Positions 1-11,406 of a DNA stretch of 64,000 nt are shown in pieces. A program made the position numbers and the translations under genes. The number at the start of each line of letters is the position of its first letter. Position 1 is the stretch's first letter. The stretch comes from Macrostomum lignano. Its lineage: Eukaryota. Under the pieces are notes generated by a model. That model did no database searches. It was not told the origin of the DNA and saw only the letters and a list, made by a program, of their open reading frames with translations. Location: NCBI GenBank assembly GCA_002269645.1, contig NIVC01003943.1, positions 1 through 64,000 on the forward strand, in the 5' to 3' direction.

Positions 1-293
1 CCACCAGCTGGAATTGCAAAGATTGCAAGAGACAAAGGTATAACAATTAAGGCAGAGAGGGCTGCCCCCGATCGTGATGAATTGTGAGATGAAAATTCTA
101 TAAGCAAGTCTGACATTGTCAAAGCCATCATGACACTGCACAATGCTGGGTTTACAATAATGCGGATGTGATGAGGTTTAAAAACCCCACTTTATCCAGC
201 TTCATAAACTAATACTACTTAGGATGTAGAAACAGTTCAACTTTTCTATCAGGGTGGTCACCTCAAAATTTTTTTTTTATATTTTCGAGAAAA

Positions 294-3200
294 ATGCCAA
301 AAAGCTAATCCAGCAAGAGATTTAGTCAACAAATATTTTCAAAAGGCGTCTCATTTCAAGACAAAAGTAATTCACTAAGAGAAGCATGCAAACAAAAGTT
401 CAACACCGACCTGGTCACCTGGGAAGCTATGAAAAACAGTTGGAAATCATCAATCAATTAGAATCAAACCAGTATGCGCCTATAAAAAATTTGCAAAGGA
501 ACACCAAGAGAGGAGTCGCAACTTAGTTAACAAATATGAAACTCTCACTGGTGAAAAAGCAAAGTACCCACAAAATAAGCAGGAACAAGAGAAATTAGAG
601 CAATTAATCCATTTAAAAGAGTCGGAGCTTGCCACTGAAGAGATTAATTTTGCACAGACGAAGTTTACAGAACATTACATAGAGTACACAATCCCAATTA
701 AGGATACCACCGCAAACATCTACGACTATAAAGACAGCATCCAATCAGTTGTTGATCACACACTCAAACACGCAAGACCTTTAAACTACAGATATCATTC
801 AAGATTGCGTTTTATATGCCTGCAAAACCCACTGAGCATCTCGAGTATTACATGACAACAAAGGCAAAGCCATTCACCCCAACAGACACACTGGATCCTT
901 TCCTTCAAGATGTCAATAAGAAAATTGAAGCGTTTACATCCAGAGGTTCCGGATGGGTCGTGGGAGGGATTCAAAGAGCGACTGTCAGGTCATGAAATAT
1001 GACCCACTTAAAGCCTCCTCTTATATAGAGCTCCCACACAAGCTAGCCGGCAAAAAAGCTTGCATAAATGTTAAAAATAAAGACAATTGCTGTGCTCTAT
1101 GGGCAGTTCTTTCTGCACTTTTTAGTGTCCTCACCACCCGAAAGAACCTCAAATTATCAAAATTATTTCAACTACTATCTCATTGAATGCGAAAAGAAGG
1201 GAATCAGGTTTGACAAAGGAGGCTTGGCAATCTCTCAGATCCCAAAGCTAGAAGAAGTGTTTAATAACAAAATTAGAATCACAGTCTTTGAGTGGAGTGA
1301 GAAAACTGAGAAAGTTCAACCGGTCAGATGTAGCAAAGACGTTTTAGATCCGAGGGGAAAAGGCGGACTGAAGTGGATCTTCTAGTGATTGGTAATTTAC
1401 TAGAGGAGGCTCACTATGTTTGGATTAAAGATCTTTCAAGACTCATTCACAAGCAGTTGAATAATCATCACGAGGCTGTTGCCATCTGCCGCTTGTGCCT
1501 TAAGCATTACAGTGGACCTGAACGCTTTGAAAAACTAGCAGAGCATGAATTATCATGCGAGGATCACCCGACAAACTGCTCTCTTCCTTCAGCTGAAGAG
1601 AAGTATCTCCGGTTTAAGAACTATCACAAGATGGAGAAGCTCCCATTTGTTGTATATGCTGATTTCGAATGCTCAATCGTGCCAGAAACTCAAAACAAAC
1701 TCAACTCAAAACAAACTCCAACTCAAAAACTCAAACTCAAAAACATGTCCCCAATTCAGTAGCATATGCCTTTATTAATACAAAAGGACTTGTTGAGTAT
1801 AATTATTTCTTTGGAGAGCAGTGTGTGGAGCAGTTTATTGCCAGAATGTTAGAGTTGCAAAAAGTGATTAGCACCCTTCAACCTGTTCCAATAATGATGA
1901 CTGAGGAGGATGAAAGCAATTTCCTATCAGCAACTCATTGCCACATCTGCAGGAAACATTTAACTTGCACTAATATTAAAAACCCCACCGTTAGGGACCA
2001 CTGCCACTATACTGGGAAATTTAGAGGTGCAGCGCATAACACCTGTAATCTAAAGCTAAAATCGAACATTCATGATCTAACGATATTTTGTCACAACGCA
2101 AAGAACTATGACATGCATTTAATAGTTGAAAAAATCGGCATGATTCCAGACATACACCTTGATTGCATCGCAGAGAACAAGGAGAAGTTTAAGTGTGTTG
2201 ATATTAAACAGGATAATTCGGGTACAGGTAAAATAAGACTGAAGGATTCATATCAATTTCTAGCTGCCAGTCTAGACGAACTAAGCAAGAATCTAAAAGA
2301 TGAACAATGTACATATACAAAGATGTTTGCAAGTAAAATTAACAACAGTGATGAATCATTTAAACTTGAAGAAAAAGGCTTCTACCCCTATGAAAATATT
2401 ACTGGGTATCACGTATTTGAAGAAGGTTTACCACCACAGGAGAAGTTCTTTTCAAAGCTAACAGACTCTGGAATCTCTGACAAAGACTATGAGCACGCGA
2501 AGCATGTCTATAATTACTTTAATTGTCAAAACTTCTTCCAGTATCACCTGCTTTACCTCTTCACAGATGTGTTTCTGCTGGCCGATGTGTTTGAAACCTT
2601 CAGATACACCTGGTACACAGCATATGGCCTCGATCCAGCACATTATGTGTCTCTGCCTGCCACTAGCTGGGAATCTTTGCTTAAAATGAAATGGGATCAA
2701 GATCCAGATTGGTACATTGAACTTCTTACAGACATTGACATGTACAATTTTGTCGAATCGTCAAAGCGAGGGGGATCTCAATTTGCGTTAACAGGTATGC
2801 AAAAGCAAACAATCCCTACATTGAATCTTACAATAAGGAGCAGCCCTCAAACTACATTACTTACTTGGACGCTAATAATCTCTACGGGTGGGCGATGAGT
2901 CAAGATCTTCCAGTTAGAGATTTTCGATGGCTACCCTCATCAGAATTCAAACGGGACTTTTCATTGGCTGCCATTTATGAGGTTGATGTTTACATTCCAC
3001 CAGAGCTTCACGACTATTTCTCTGACTTTCCACCCTTCCCAGAGAACATCAAGTGCCCGAAAATAATCGAAACTCCCAATGATAATAATGGAACTTGGCA
3101 CCTGTCAGGAACAGAAAAAGAACATACAGAGAAACTAACACAGAATCTAAACAACAAGACACGTTACAAAATCCATTACAAACTGCTTCAGTATTTTATC

Positions 3201-4183
3201 TCACTTGGTTGCAGGGTCACCAAAGTTCACGGGCTCTTACATTTACAGAGGAAGCGTGGATGAAACCCTACATTGATAAGAACACCCAGTTTAGGACCAA
3301 AGCAACCAACGACTTTGACAAGAACCTCTTTAAGTTGGCCAACAACTCTGTCTATGGCAAGACTCTTGAGAATGAGCGGAAAAGAACAAACCTGAAACTT
3401 GTTACCTCATCAGAGCCTGCTGTTATTCAGGCAAATATGTCAAAGCCAACATTCAAAGAACTCCATATCTTTAATAGCTACTTAGGTGTGATCATATTTT
3501 ACAAAACCAAGGTGACGCTGCGCAAGCCGATCTATACAGGTGTCACTGTTCTCGACGAATCAAAACGTCTGATGTACCAGTTCTTCTATGGCATGAAGCA
3601 GCAGTACAAGGATAAAATGAAACTCTTGTACACTGACACAGACAGTTTTATTATGGACATTCAAACAGAAGACATTTATCAGGACATGCTGCAGCAAAAA
3701 GATTTGTTTGACTTGTCTGAGTATGATGAATCTTGCAGGACACAGAATGGCGATCAAGTGTTTGACGCCACTAACAAGAAAGTGATTGGGAAAATGAAGG
3801 ACGAGATTGCTGGTGACATAATCACTGAATTCATTGGGTTGAGAGCAAAGTCCTATTTTATAAAATGTGAGTCGTCAGACCCAATCAAAAAATCAAAGGG
3901 AATTCCGAAACGTGTGGTTAGGAAGGAAATTAATGAAGCTGAATACAGAGACGCCTTGAATTGCAACAAAAAGACATCACATGAGTTCTCAAAGCTACAA
4001 TCTAAAAACCATATTATTCACACAATTCAGCAAAAGAAGATTGGACTGTCAGGTGCAGATAACAAGAGATTCATTTTTGATGACAATATCAACAGTCTAC
4101 CGTTCGGGCACTGGAGGTTAGGTTTAGGAGGTGGAATTGGGTTTAGGTTTGAGAGAAAGTTTAATAAACCTCATAAAAAATGA
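294..4183 (+). CDS. pPolB: Protein-primed family B DNA polymerase (Polinton type), split by apparent frameshifts
   Basis: Ordered motifs across ORF fragments 953-4183: F..RGSGW, YDPLKASSYIELP, INVKNKDNCC, HYVWIKDLSRL, VYADFE (ExoI), VRDHCHYTGKFRGAAH, HNAKNYD (ExoII), KGFYPYE, YLFTDVFLLADVFE (ExoIII), DANNLYG (motif A), KLANNSVYGK (motif B), YTDTDS (motif C). The start at ATG 294 is tentative. Confidence 0.95.
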
Positions 4184-4579
4184 CGACAAATAACTTTCTT
4201 GAAGATTTGGCTAACGAACTGGAAATCCCAAACTTTAGAGGAATATTTATGAGGGACACTCTGCCTGATTTTCCTCTAAGAAAAGAATGCGGCATCATGA
4301 ACTTTGACACCACCGATAAGCCAGGATCTCATTGGGTTTGCTGGGTGATTGATCCCATCGCAAGCACAAGTGTTATTACTTCGATAGCTATGGGACGGCA
4401 GTACCAGAAGAGCTAAGAAATTATATGAAGGGAAAAATAATAAAAAAATTTATCGCTCAGACTTTATTCTCCAAGGTCTTAGCAGTGATATTTGCGGTGA
4501 GCTGTGCATGACTGTTTTGTATGCAATGACCAAAACACGAAAGACCTACAAGGAAATTATTCTTGGCTGTGTTTCCTAG
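4180..4579 (+). CDS. Adenain-like (C5) cysteine maturation protease, two frameshifts
   Basis: RGIFMRDTLP...GIMNFD..DKPGSHW (catalytic His), then in shifted frames YYFDSYG (Asp) and LQGLSSDICGELC (Gln/Cys), stop TAG 4577-4579. The ATG overlaps the PolB TGA. Confidence 0.88.
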
Positions 4580-4583
4580 GGGT

Positions 4584-5240
4584 TCATTGTGCATTTCTCG
4601 TTGTCCTTCTCGTTGTCCTTCTTTCCACATAATGTTGAAGAACTTTCTCGAGTTCATTTCTCAGCTGACTCATGTCATCAGTACCGACCATGTTCAAGTT
4701 CATTCGAATTGATTGTTCATAAAGATCCTGAATGGTTTTGAACTCATCCTCTGAAATGAACTTATCATCGATTGCCCTTGAAATGTACCCTATGATTGAA
4801 GTGTGCACCCCTTTCTCTTTTACTTGCTTCTCCTGTAGCTGCTTTAGTTTTTTTCGCCTGTTTCGCGCTACTGCTCCAGTAATTGCTGAAATAAGTCCAC
4901 ATGCAGCACCCACAGAGCCGAGCGGGATTGCGATTGGGGCTGTGATGACTGGCAACGTTGAGACAGCTGCAGCAGATCCAGATAGAACAGACACAGATCC
5001 TAGAATCATATTGCTGTAGTCGAAAAATTTACAGTGGCTTTCATAGCGCTTAATTTTCTTTGTGTTGTGGAAAATATTTTTTTCAAGATCATCGCGCATT
5101 TTTTGAATCTCCACCAGTCGAAACTGTTGAGAGTTACAAGTAATGACGGGGTAGAGTTTTTGTTGCTCATATTGGGGTGCACTAGGTGCACTAGGTGTTG
5201 TGGGAGCGTTCGGATCATAAAGAGAATTTTGAGCATCCAT
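4584..5240 (-). CDS. Polinton/adintovirus membrane-associated protein (gasdermin-X-like family), 218 aa
   Basis: Intact ORF: PSAP..LYP and FRLVEI N-terminal motifs, Gly/Ala-rich hydrophobic hairpin (ILGSVSVLSGSAAAVSTLPVITAPIAIPLGSVGAACGLISAITG), basic coiled coil, ISRAIDDKFISEDEF C-terminal motif. Family name assigned from recalled motif similarity. Confidence 0.6.
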   Translation of the reverse strand: MDAQNSLYDPNAPTTPSAPSAPQYEQQKLYPVITCNSQQFRLVEIQKMRDDLEKNIFHNTKKIKRYESHCKFFDYSNMILGSVSVLSGSAAAVSTLPVITAPIAIPLGSVGAACGLISAITGAVARNRRKKLKQLQEKQVKEKGVHTSIIGYISRAIDDKFISEDEFKTIQDLYEQSIRMNLNMVGTDDMSQLRNELEKVLQHYVERRTTRRTTRNAQ

Positions 5241-5346
5241 TTTTAAGGGAATTTTTTAAAAAAATCGGCAACTAGTTGGTGGTGGTTAGATTTGTTTTAC
5301 GGTTGATTGCTTCGTCTGCAGTGACGGCAACGGTCTCTGAATCTGC

Positions 5347-6076
5347 CTATTCATTATCTGTGAGCTCCATTCTACGCATGATCTCAAACAAGTCGGTTGG
5401 ATCACTTGTTTCCCTTGTGGTCTGTGGTGCCTCTTCAGCGTCAATGTTTTTGAGATTATGCAAGCGTTCAAGACGACCGATTCTTCTCACCGATTTCTGC
5501 CATTCGGTAAAAACTAAATCTACAAAGACTTTATTTGCAGTAATTCTTACTTTGATTTGATCATGCAACGCTGTTGACTGAGTCATGAACTCTTCTAAAT
5601 TCCTCACTTTACATGTGTTGGTTGCGACGTTTTCTATAATTCTATCATGCAATGCTGTTGACTGGTTCATGAACTCTTCTAAATTATTTACTTTAGCTGT
5701 GTTTGTGAAAACTCCTCCTTCAAGAATGCGCATCCGCCTATCAATGGAGTTTCCCAGAAGATTAACTGATGATCTCAAGCCGTTGATTAGCGAGACTAAC
5801 GAAGTTATTTCTGACCTAAGTTCATTAGTTTCGTTTAACAACGGCATATAAAGCTTATCACTTTCAAACTTCTGCCTAGCTACTTTAAGCCTGAGATCTT
5901 CCATGTTTATTTGCAACTGGTGCATGGAGCGCTCTAGGTTTCAGTCTGTTTTTATTCAGTTTGATCTCTGGGATCTTTTCGTCGCTGTTGATATATCGCC
6001 TGTCAAGGATGGATATCTGAGCTGATGTAAGAGCGCTGTTGCCAGAAATGGATTCACCTGCAAAGTTTATCGACAT
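5347..6076 (-). CDS. Hypothetical coiled-coil viral protein with internal 28-aa duplication (probably one gene with a frameshift near 5930-5945)
   Basis: ORFs 5885-6076 and 5347-5925 overlap. Heptad-like sequence with an 84-bp imperfect duplication (5561 vs 5645): KVNNLEEFMNQSTALHD / KVRNLEEFMTQSTALHD. Confidence 0.5.
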
Positions 6077-6092
6077 CTTTTAATAGCAAATT

Positions 6093-6893
6093 TTAAATTA
6101 CAGTTCTTTTTTCTTTGCTGATAATCACAAACTGGTAAGGCTGATTCCACTTGTCATAGCAAAGATTAACGAATTCCTCTTGTGAAATCTTTCTGCTTGA
6201 GTTTTTTGTTGGATTTATGAAATAGGCAGGCGCAATGACCTCATTGTAAAATCTTTTTAACCTGTCCTGTGGAATGGTTGGAAACAGGAGAATCAGATTG
6301 CAGTTCCCACGAATTGTTTTGTTCGGGAGCTCGAACCAGTTCTGTGCAATGTAAATTACATTACAATTGTTATGTCGCCCTCTTGTAAAATAGTTTTCTA
6401 TCTGCTTCTGTGGGCCTGTCATACAATCATCAAAGACGATCAAATGCTTTCTCCCCTTTTCTAGCTCATCTGGTTGGGGTAGAAGTTTGGTCTTTGGATC
6501 AGCCTGTGGATCTCCATAGGTGAACACTTTAATGTTCTGCCATTTTTCATTGTCTTTGAGGTGCTTTGCATATTCAGCAGCTACAATTTCTGGGTTACTG
6601 GGAAGGATTTGTTGGTTATTAAAACATTGAATAATGTCCTCTTTGTTCAGTTTGTTTTGCAATCCAGAAATCAGCATTTTATACTCATCTTGATACAGTG
6701 TGGGAGAGTAGATGTGCAGAGTGTCATAGTCGATAAAGCCAGGTCTAAGAAGCATGTTAAAGACTCTGAATGTTTTACCTGAACCTGATGAACCAACAAC
6801 AATGCATCTGAAGTGACTCGGGATTGACTCATGATGAGAAAACTTAATCTGATTACGTGTCCAGTGAGGATTGAAGTCGTTTGAAAAGTCCAT
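6093..6893 (-). CDS. A32/FtsK-like DNA packaging ATPase
   Basis: Walker A VVGSSGSGKT, Walker B LIVFDD, TRGRHNNCNVIYIAQNWF..P..IRGNC motif. True start taken as ATG 6893 (MDFSND); the upstream extension in the ORF track is repeat-derived. Confidence 0.93.
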   Translation of the reverse strand: MDFSNDFNPHWTRNQIKFSHHESIPSHFRCIVVGSSGSGKTFRVFNMLLRPGFIDYDTLHIYSPTLYQDEYKMLISGLQNKLNKEDIIQCFNNQQILPSNPEIVAAEYAKHLKDNEKWQNIKVFTYGDPQADPKTKLLPQPDELEKGRKHLIVFDDCMTGPQKQIENYFTRGRHNNCNVIYIAQNWFELPNKTIRGNCNLILLFPTIPQDRLKRFYNEVIAPAYFINPTKNSSRKISQEEFVNLCYDKWNQPYQFVIISKEKRTVI

Positions 6894-6932
6894 TTTTTCT
6901 ATGATGAAAAAAAATTTAAATAATAAATAATG

Positions 6933-7121
6933 TAGATGTGTCATTTCGGGACTTAGATGTGTCATTTTGGGACTTAGATGTGTCATTTTGGGACTTAGAT
7001 GTGTCATTTTGGGACTTGGATGTGTTATTTCGGGACTTAGATGTGTCATTTTGGGACTTAGATGTGTCATTTTGGGACTTAGATGTGTTATTTTGGGACT
7101 TAGATGTGTCATTTCGGGACT
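6933..7121. repeat. 21-bp tandem repeat (TAGATGTGTCATTTTGGGACT) x9 inside the Polinton
   Basis: Nine contiguous near-identical units read directly. Confidence 0.95.
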
Positions 7122-7163
7122 AGTCTTGTACCTTTACATTTCTTGTACCCTCGGAAAGTACCT

Positions 7164-7552
7164 TTAGTCAAATTTGAAACCACTTCCTTTTTTAATGCTT
7201 GCTCTCATCTTCTCATAGACTGCAGGGTCCACACTGTCTGGGTTTGGGGCCAGCGGGGCCAGCGGGGCCAGTGGAGGTTGAATCTCTTGTTTAGGTGTTA
7301 CAGTATCCTTTATCTTTTTGGCTGCTGTGGCTACACTGCCAGCCGCTTCGGCAACGTTCTTGATGTTCTCTTTGTTCTCTCCAATGACCTTAAAAATCTT
7401 AGCCCCCTGAGCGATCAAATCGGCAAGGCCATTCCCGAGCGCTCTTTTCTTGGATAGTGGCCTGCAGGGAAAAGTCCAGATCCGCGTTTAATAAGATTAA
7501 GTTCCTCTTTGTCATAGTATTTGTCAATGTCTTTTTCGAAAATAATTGGCAT
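7164..7552 (-). CDS. Small virion core protein with GxG-hydrophobic motifs and an amphipathic helix (pVI/cupiennin-like candidate), one frameshift near 7428
   Basis: Reconstructed MPIIFEKDIDKYYDKEELNLIKRGSGLFPAGHYPRKERSG(N)GLADLIAQGAKIFKVIGENKENIKNVAEAAGSVATAAKKIKD...KKGSGFKFD after adding one A (GGGAATGGC->GGGAAATGGC). Confidence 0.6.
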
Positions 7553-7569
7553 CTTTTTTAAATAGATAT

Positions 7570-8782
7570 TTATTTTTTGTTGAACCGCGAAAGCAGAAGC
7601 TCTCTCGCCCTCTTATCGATGTATTTTCTCTCAAGCATTTTATTGAGGATGTTGACAAATTCTTTTCTATTTTCATCTTTCATTCCGGTCTTTGCCGCTC
7701 CTAGAAGAACCGCTACTCGCTTGTAGATTTCAGAAATTCCTTTTCCAGTTGAGGGCGGTTGGTCTTGGGGTTGTGGAGTTGGTTGGGCTTGTAGCTGCTG
7801 GGGAGGTGATGCAAAAGACTGCTCACTTTCAGAGATGGAACTGTCATGTGGTGCCTGTCTTTGTTGAGGTGTGAAAACTCTTTGATTGATTCTATTCATT
7901 CGATCTGGAGAGTGTTGTTCTAAGCGTTGCCAGTCTGTTGGGTTTTGTTTCTTATATTCAGCTACTTTCAAAGGGTCTAACTGCTCGAGTTGACTGAGTA
8001 CTTGTTCTTCTGTGAAATGTTGCTGCTGTTGTGGCGGTCGTTGTTGTTGTTGTGGTTGCTGTTGCTGTTGTTCTAGATATTTCATCTGATCAATGACTTC
8101 CCCCTGATCTGGCAAACCAAACCATTGTTTAAAGTGCTTGTACTTTTTGAATTTAGTCAGGTTGACACCGTTATCATACATAAGTCTCAGGACTTCTGGG
8201 GCCTTTAGTATTTCTATATCTCTAGCAAGAGCAAAAGTCACTAGATCTCTATAGTTCTTTAGCTGCTTGTCCGAGATTCTCTCTTGGTTCTTGGTCATAA
8301 AAGTCAGTAAGGCGTCTGTGAAAGGAATTTTCATAGCTTCTAGCCTTTGACAACAGAAATATTTTCCTTATTTATGTCGATATAATATTCCACTGGTTCA
8401 TTATAAATGTTTTTTCTCCACATACTTATTCCAAATACATATTTCCCATCATGTTCGACACGCTCTACTGGTCCAAAAATGTTATCTGTCACTTTTAGTT
8501 GCTGTTGTGGTTGTGATTGTTGTGGTTGCGGCTGTATCTGTGGTGCTTCTGGAATTTTGCCCAAAACCTTTTGCCTTGGGTTTCCTGTATGTCGTCGATA
8601 GTTTCTTTGACCTGATCAATATTTTTCTTAGCTTCTCCATACCCGGGCTTATGAAACTCTGTGGCTGCTTGGACAAACTCATTGTAGGATTGTTGCTCCT
8701 TATTTATTAGCCCGGTAACTCGTTTCTCTGCTTGTGCTAGCTTTTCTAGTTCAGATATCTGCTGTGTACTTTTTCGCTTCAT
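7570..8782 (-). CDS. Conserved Polinton core-type protein (single gene split into three ORF fragments by frameshifts)
   Basis: N-terminal coiled coil with FHKP, DNIFG..KYVFG, TDALLTFMTKNQ..ISDKQLKNYRDLV, Q/P-rich linker, TGKGI and C-terminal RVAVLLGAAKTG..EFVNILNKM..YI. The layout resembles a recurrent Polinton ORF. Frames join at ~8560 and ~8340. Confidence 0.6.
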
Positions 8783-8812
8783 TTCTTATTTTATTTTATT
8801 TTTAGTTAAAAA

Positions 8813-10097
8813 ATGAACGACCACTGACACCAGTTTTCTACAAAATTAACAAGCCTATTTTGAGTGATGATAGCACAATCAAAGCGACTCAGGTAAGAGT
8901 TCCCAGTCAGGAAAATCAGAATGAAACTAATCTTGGTCCTGGTCAAACACTGACATTTACATACAATGGATGTTCGTCTTTGGTTAGTGTGCACAGTCTT
9001 AAGAGCGGCTTCCATATGACATTTCAATTCAAGACAAAGGGTGGTGCGGATGCGGCTCGTGCTAACGTTGACAAGCATGATGCGGATGTGGCTCTGATCA
9101 GTAACTTTTGGGCGTACATGTTCAAGGAGTTTAGTGTATCGAATGGGAGCACTGAGTTGGAGCGAATCGCCAACTTTGGAATTGTCTATGACGCTCATTG
9201 TTTGATCGAGAATCCTGATTTTATTCAATTGGGAAGTGGTGCGGGTTTTATTGCAGATGAAAAAGAAGGAGACACCAATGACAGTGGCTATAAAAAGAGG
9301 AAGAAGAGATACAACTATGCATTGCAAGGTGCTGATGATGCTGCTAAGAACCCGCTGTATCGGTCTGTTGATGTATTTGTACCATTGAGATTCATGAGTG
9401 GATTCTGTAATACATTTAATCGACTGACTAGTAACTTTAGCTACACCTTTAGATGACTAGAGATGATCGCAGTAGAGTGTTGTGGACTGGGGCGGACCAC
9501 ACAAGGATGGAGGTGAAGCTAACCGGAATCGAGCTGTATTTGGAAGTCATTGAGCCAAAGACTGCACTAAAAGCTGATTATCTTAAGGCAATAGAGAAGG
9601 ACATTGATGTTGCATACACGGCCTACATGTGTCGAGATGAGCGAAACGAAACTAGAACAAACATCTGCATTAAAGAGGGATCATGCAGCAATCCAAGGTA
9701 TATCATTATTAATATGAGAAACCCAAATAGCATTATACGCTACATGCATGGAGACGTGCGGTCCATTCAGCATGAAATCAGTGATAATCTTTACCCTGCA
9801 CTGCCACAAAATGGAGATTTCAGTCAGAACAAGATTAGCAAATTTTATAGCGAGTTGGTCGACTTGGCTGTGAAAGAGAACAATGGAATTGCTATCACTG
9901 CTCTTCAATATGGAACTCTATATCCAATGTTTGGCGCTGATGTGTCTGCCAGACAAATGCCTACTGATAACAGCCCTGTGAATATCGTGACTAACATTGA
10001 GAGGACTGTCGCAACACCCGTGGACTTGTACATTATCTATGCATTTGAGAGGAAGGTGAAGCTTAACATGATCAACAATTCATCCAGTAAAGTTTAA
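8813..10097 (+). CDS. MCP: Major capsid protein (double jelly-roll, hexon-like), two frameshifts
   Basis: INKPILSDDSTI..GQTLTFTYNG, FKEFSVSNGSTELERI, VFVPLRFMSGF..., PRYIII, LYP, ALQYGTLYPMFGADVS, LYIIYAFERKV: typical Polinton MCP layout, ~425 aa after repair, located next to the penton gene. Confidence 0.85.
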
Positions 10098-10123
10098 ATA
10101 TTTTTTTTGTGGGTGAAAAAAAA

Positions 10124-10986
10124 ATGGAAGCTATAGCCGAAAGACTAAACAACATTGTTTCACACTCCAAGGAGAGCATTCCTATTACAATAACTGGGCG
10201 AATTAATGACTCAAACGGGATGTTTGTTGAAAAATTAGAGCAGGCGATTCGCCTGGATCCAGGCGCTAATTACCATGTCTATCTTAACGACTTCACTGGT
10301 TGGTCAAACGTTCCCAATGTGATGGCAGCAAATAATAAGTTTTATTACAAATGGAAAGGTGCAGCAGCAGACCCTGTGGTATTCCATGTGAGCACGCAAA
10401 GTGTGGATACCTACAATAACTTTCTAGAAAACGTCTTTACTAAAAGAGGCCATTTTGAGACACCTGATATGAGTAAGCCAGAGAAGAAACTGTTCCCTGT
10501 TAAACTAACCTATGATCTCACTGTAATGAGAGTGGTCATGCAAGTTCACAAAGATGCGGAGGTTGAGTTTAAAGATGACACTTGGTATAGGGAATTGGGA
10601 TTCGTGAAGAAAGTTTATAAGGCAGAATCCACAGCGCGGACTGTCACTCAAGCATCGGGGGCCGTTAGCATGGCCCGGGAAAGTGTACGCGGTTTGTTCT
10701 TAGCACCCAATATAGCAGACATTGTAAAGGGTTTGAATATTCTAATCAGAAGCAATCTCAGTCTTGATTGGGTATTTAAGGGAAAGCGAACGAATATTTT
10801 GTACAACATCTCCAACTCTGTTGCTGGAGGACAGATGGTGGTAGAGAAACCAAATCCAGTGAAAAGAGTTGTATTGAGTAATAAAGAGATTCACGAGATT
10901 GTGCTACAGTTTGAGACTGAAGATGGGATGGGCGTTGATTTTAATGGGAAGAGTTTGTATTGACGTTGATCATTGAAAGAATGTAA
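10124..10986 (+). CDS. Minor capsid protein (penton, single jelly-roll)
   Basis: IRLDPGANYHVYLNDFTGWSNVPNV..NNKFYY at the N-terminus; EKPNP..IHEIVLQFETEDG..VDFNG at the C-terminus, continuing EEFVLTLIIERM* after a +G repair at ~10946. Confidence 0.82.
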
Positions 10987-10990
10987 GAAA

Positions 10991-11230
10991 TCACAATTGT
11001 CTAATGATTTCTACAAAGTTATAGTAGCTGTCGTAATCTTTTACATAGGTTACTCCATACTTATGAAACCAGTGTCTTTGGAGAGCTAGATTAATATTAG
11101 GGACATTGATATCAACGTCGGGCCAATATTTTCTCATGTACTCGCTGCATTCAAGTTTGCATCGGTACTTACTCTTGTAATTAGGCTCGTGCGCTTTGTA
11201 ATAAGAACCTGGAGAAACAACTGGAAACAT
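10991..11230 (-). CDS. Small hypothetical viral ORF (79 aa) convergent with penton
   Basis: Intact, complex-sequence ORF filling the gap between the penton stop and the terminal non-coding region; Tyr/Trp/His/Cys-rich; no family recognised. Confidence 0.45.
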   Translation of the reverse strand: MFPVVSPGSYYKAHEPNYKSKYRCKLECSEYMRKYWPDVDINVPNINLALQRHWFHKYGVTYVKDYDSYYNFVEIIRQL

Positions 11231-11406
11231 TTTTAGAGAAAATTTAATTTTTTTTTCAAAGGGTAAGGACCCTGGGTTAGGGGGTTTAAAGTTTTAGGGA
11301 TCTGGTTTCATGTTGCGAATTGAATGTGGGGAGAAGAATGCATATTTTTTTCTGATTGTTTCGAAGATGCTATGGATGGATGTCAGTGGATTATGTCTGT
11401 GTCAGT

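Noticed and set aside
1-293. Possible integrase or further Polinton gene at the window start
   Set aside because: Only a short broken reading frame (..IARDKGI..KSDIVKAI..) with no rve DDE motifs; cannot be named.
6893-7112. N-terminal MTHLSPK repeats on the ATPase ORF
   Set aside because: Translation of the 21-bp array; the conserved protein starts at MDFSND.
8806-9327. 173-aa minus-strand ORF with a hydrophobic N-terminus
   Set aside because: Antisense shadow of the major capsid gene with no recognisable motif.
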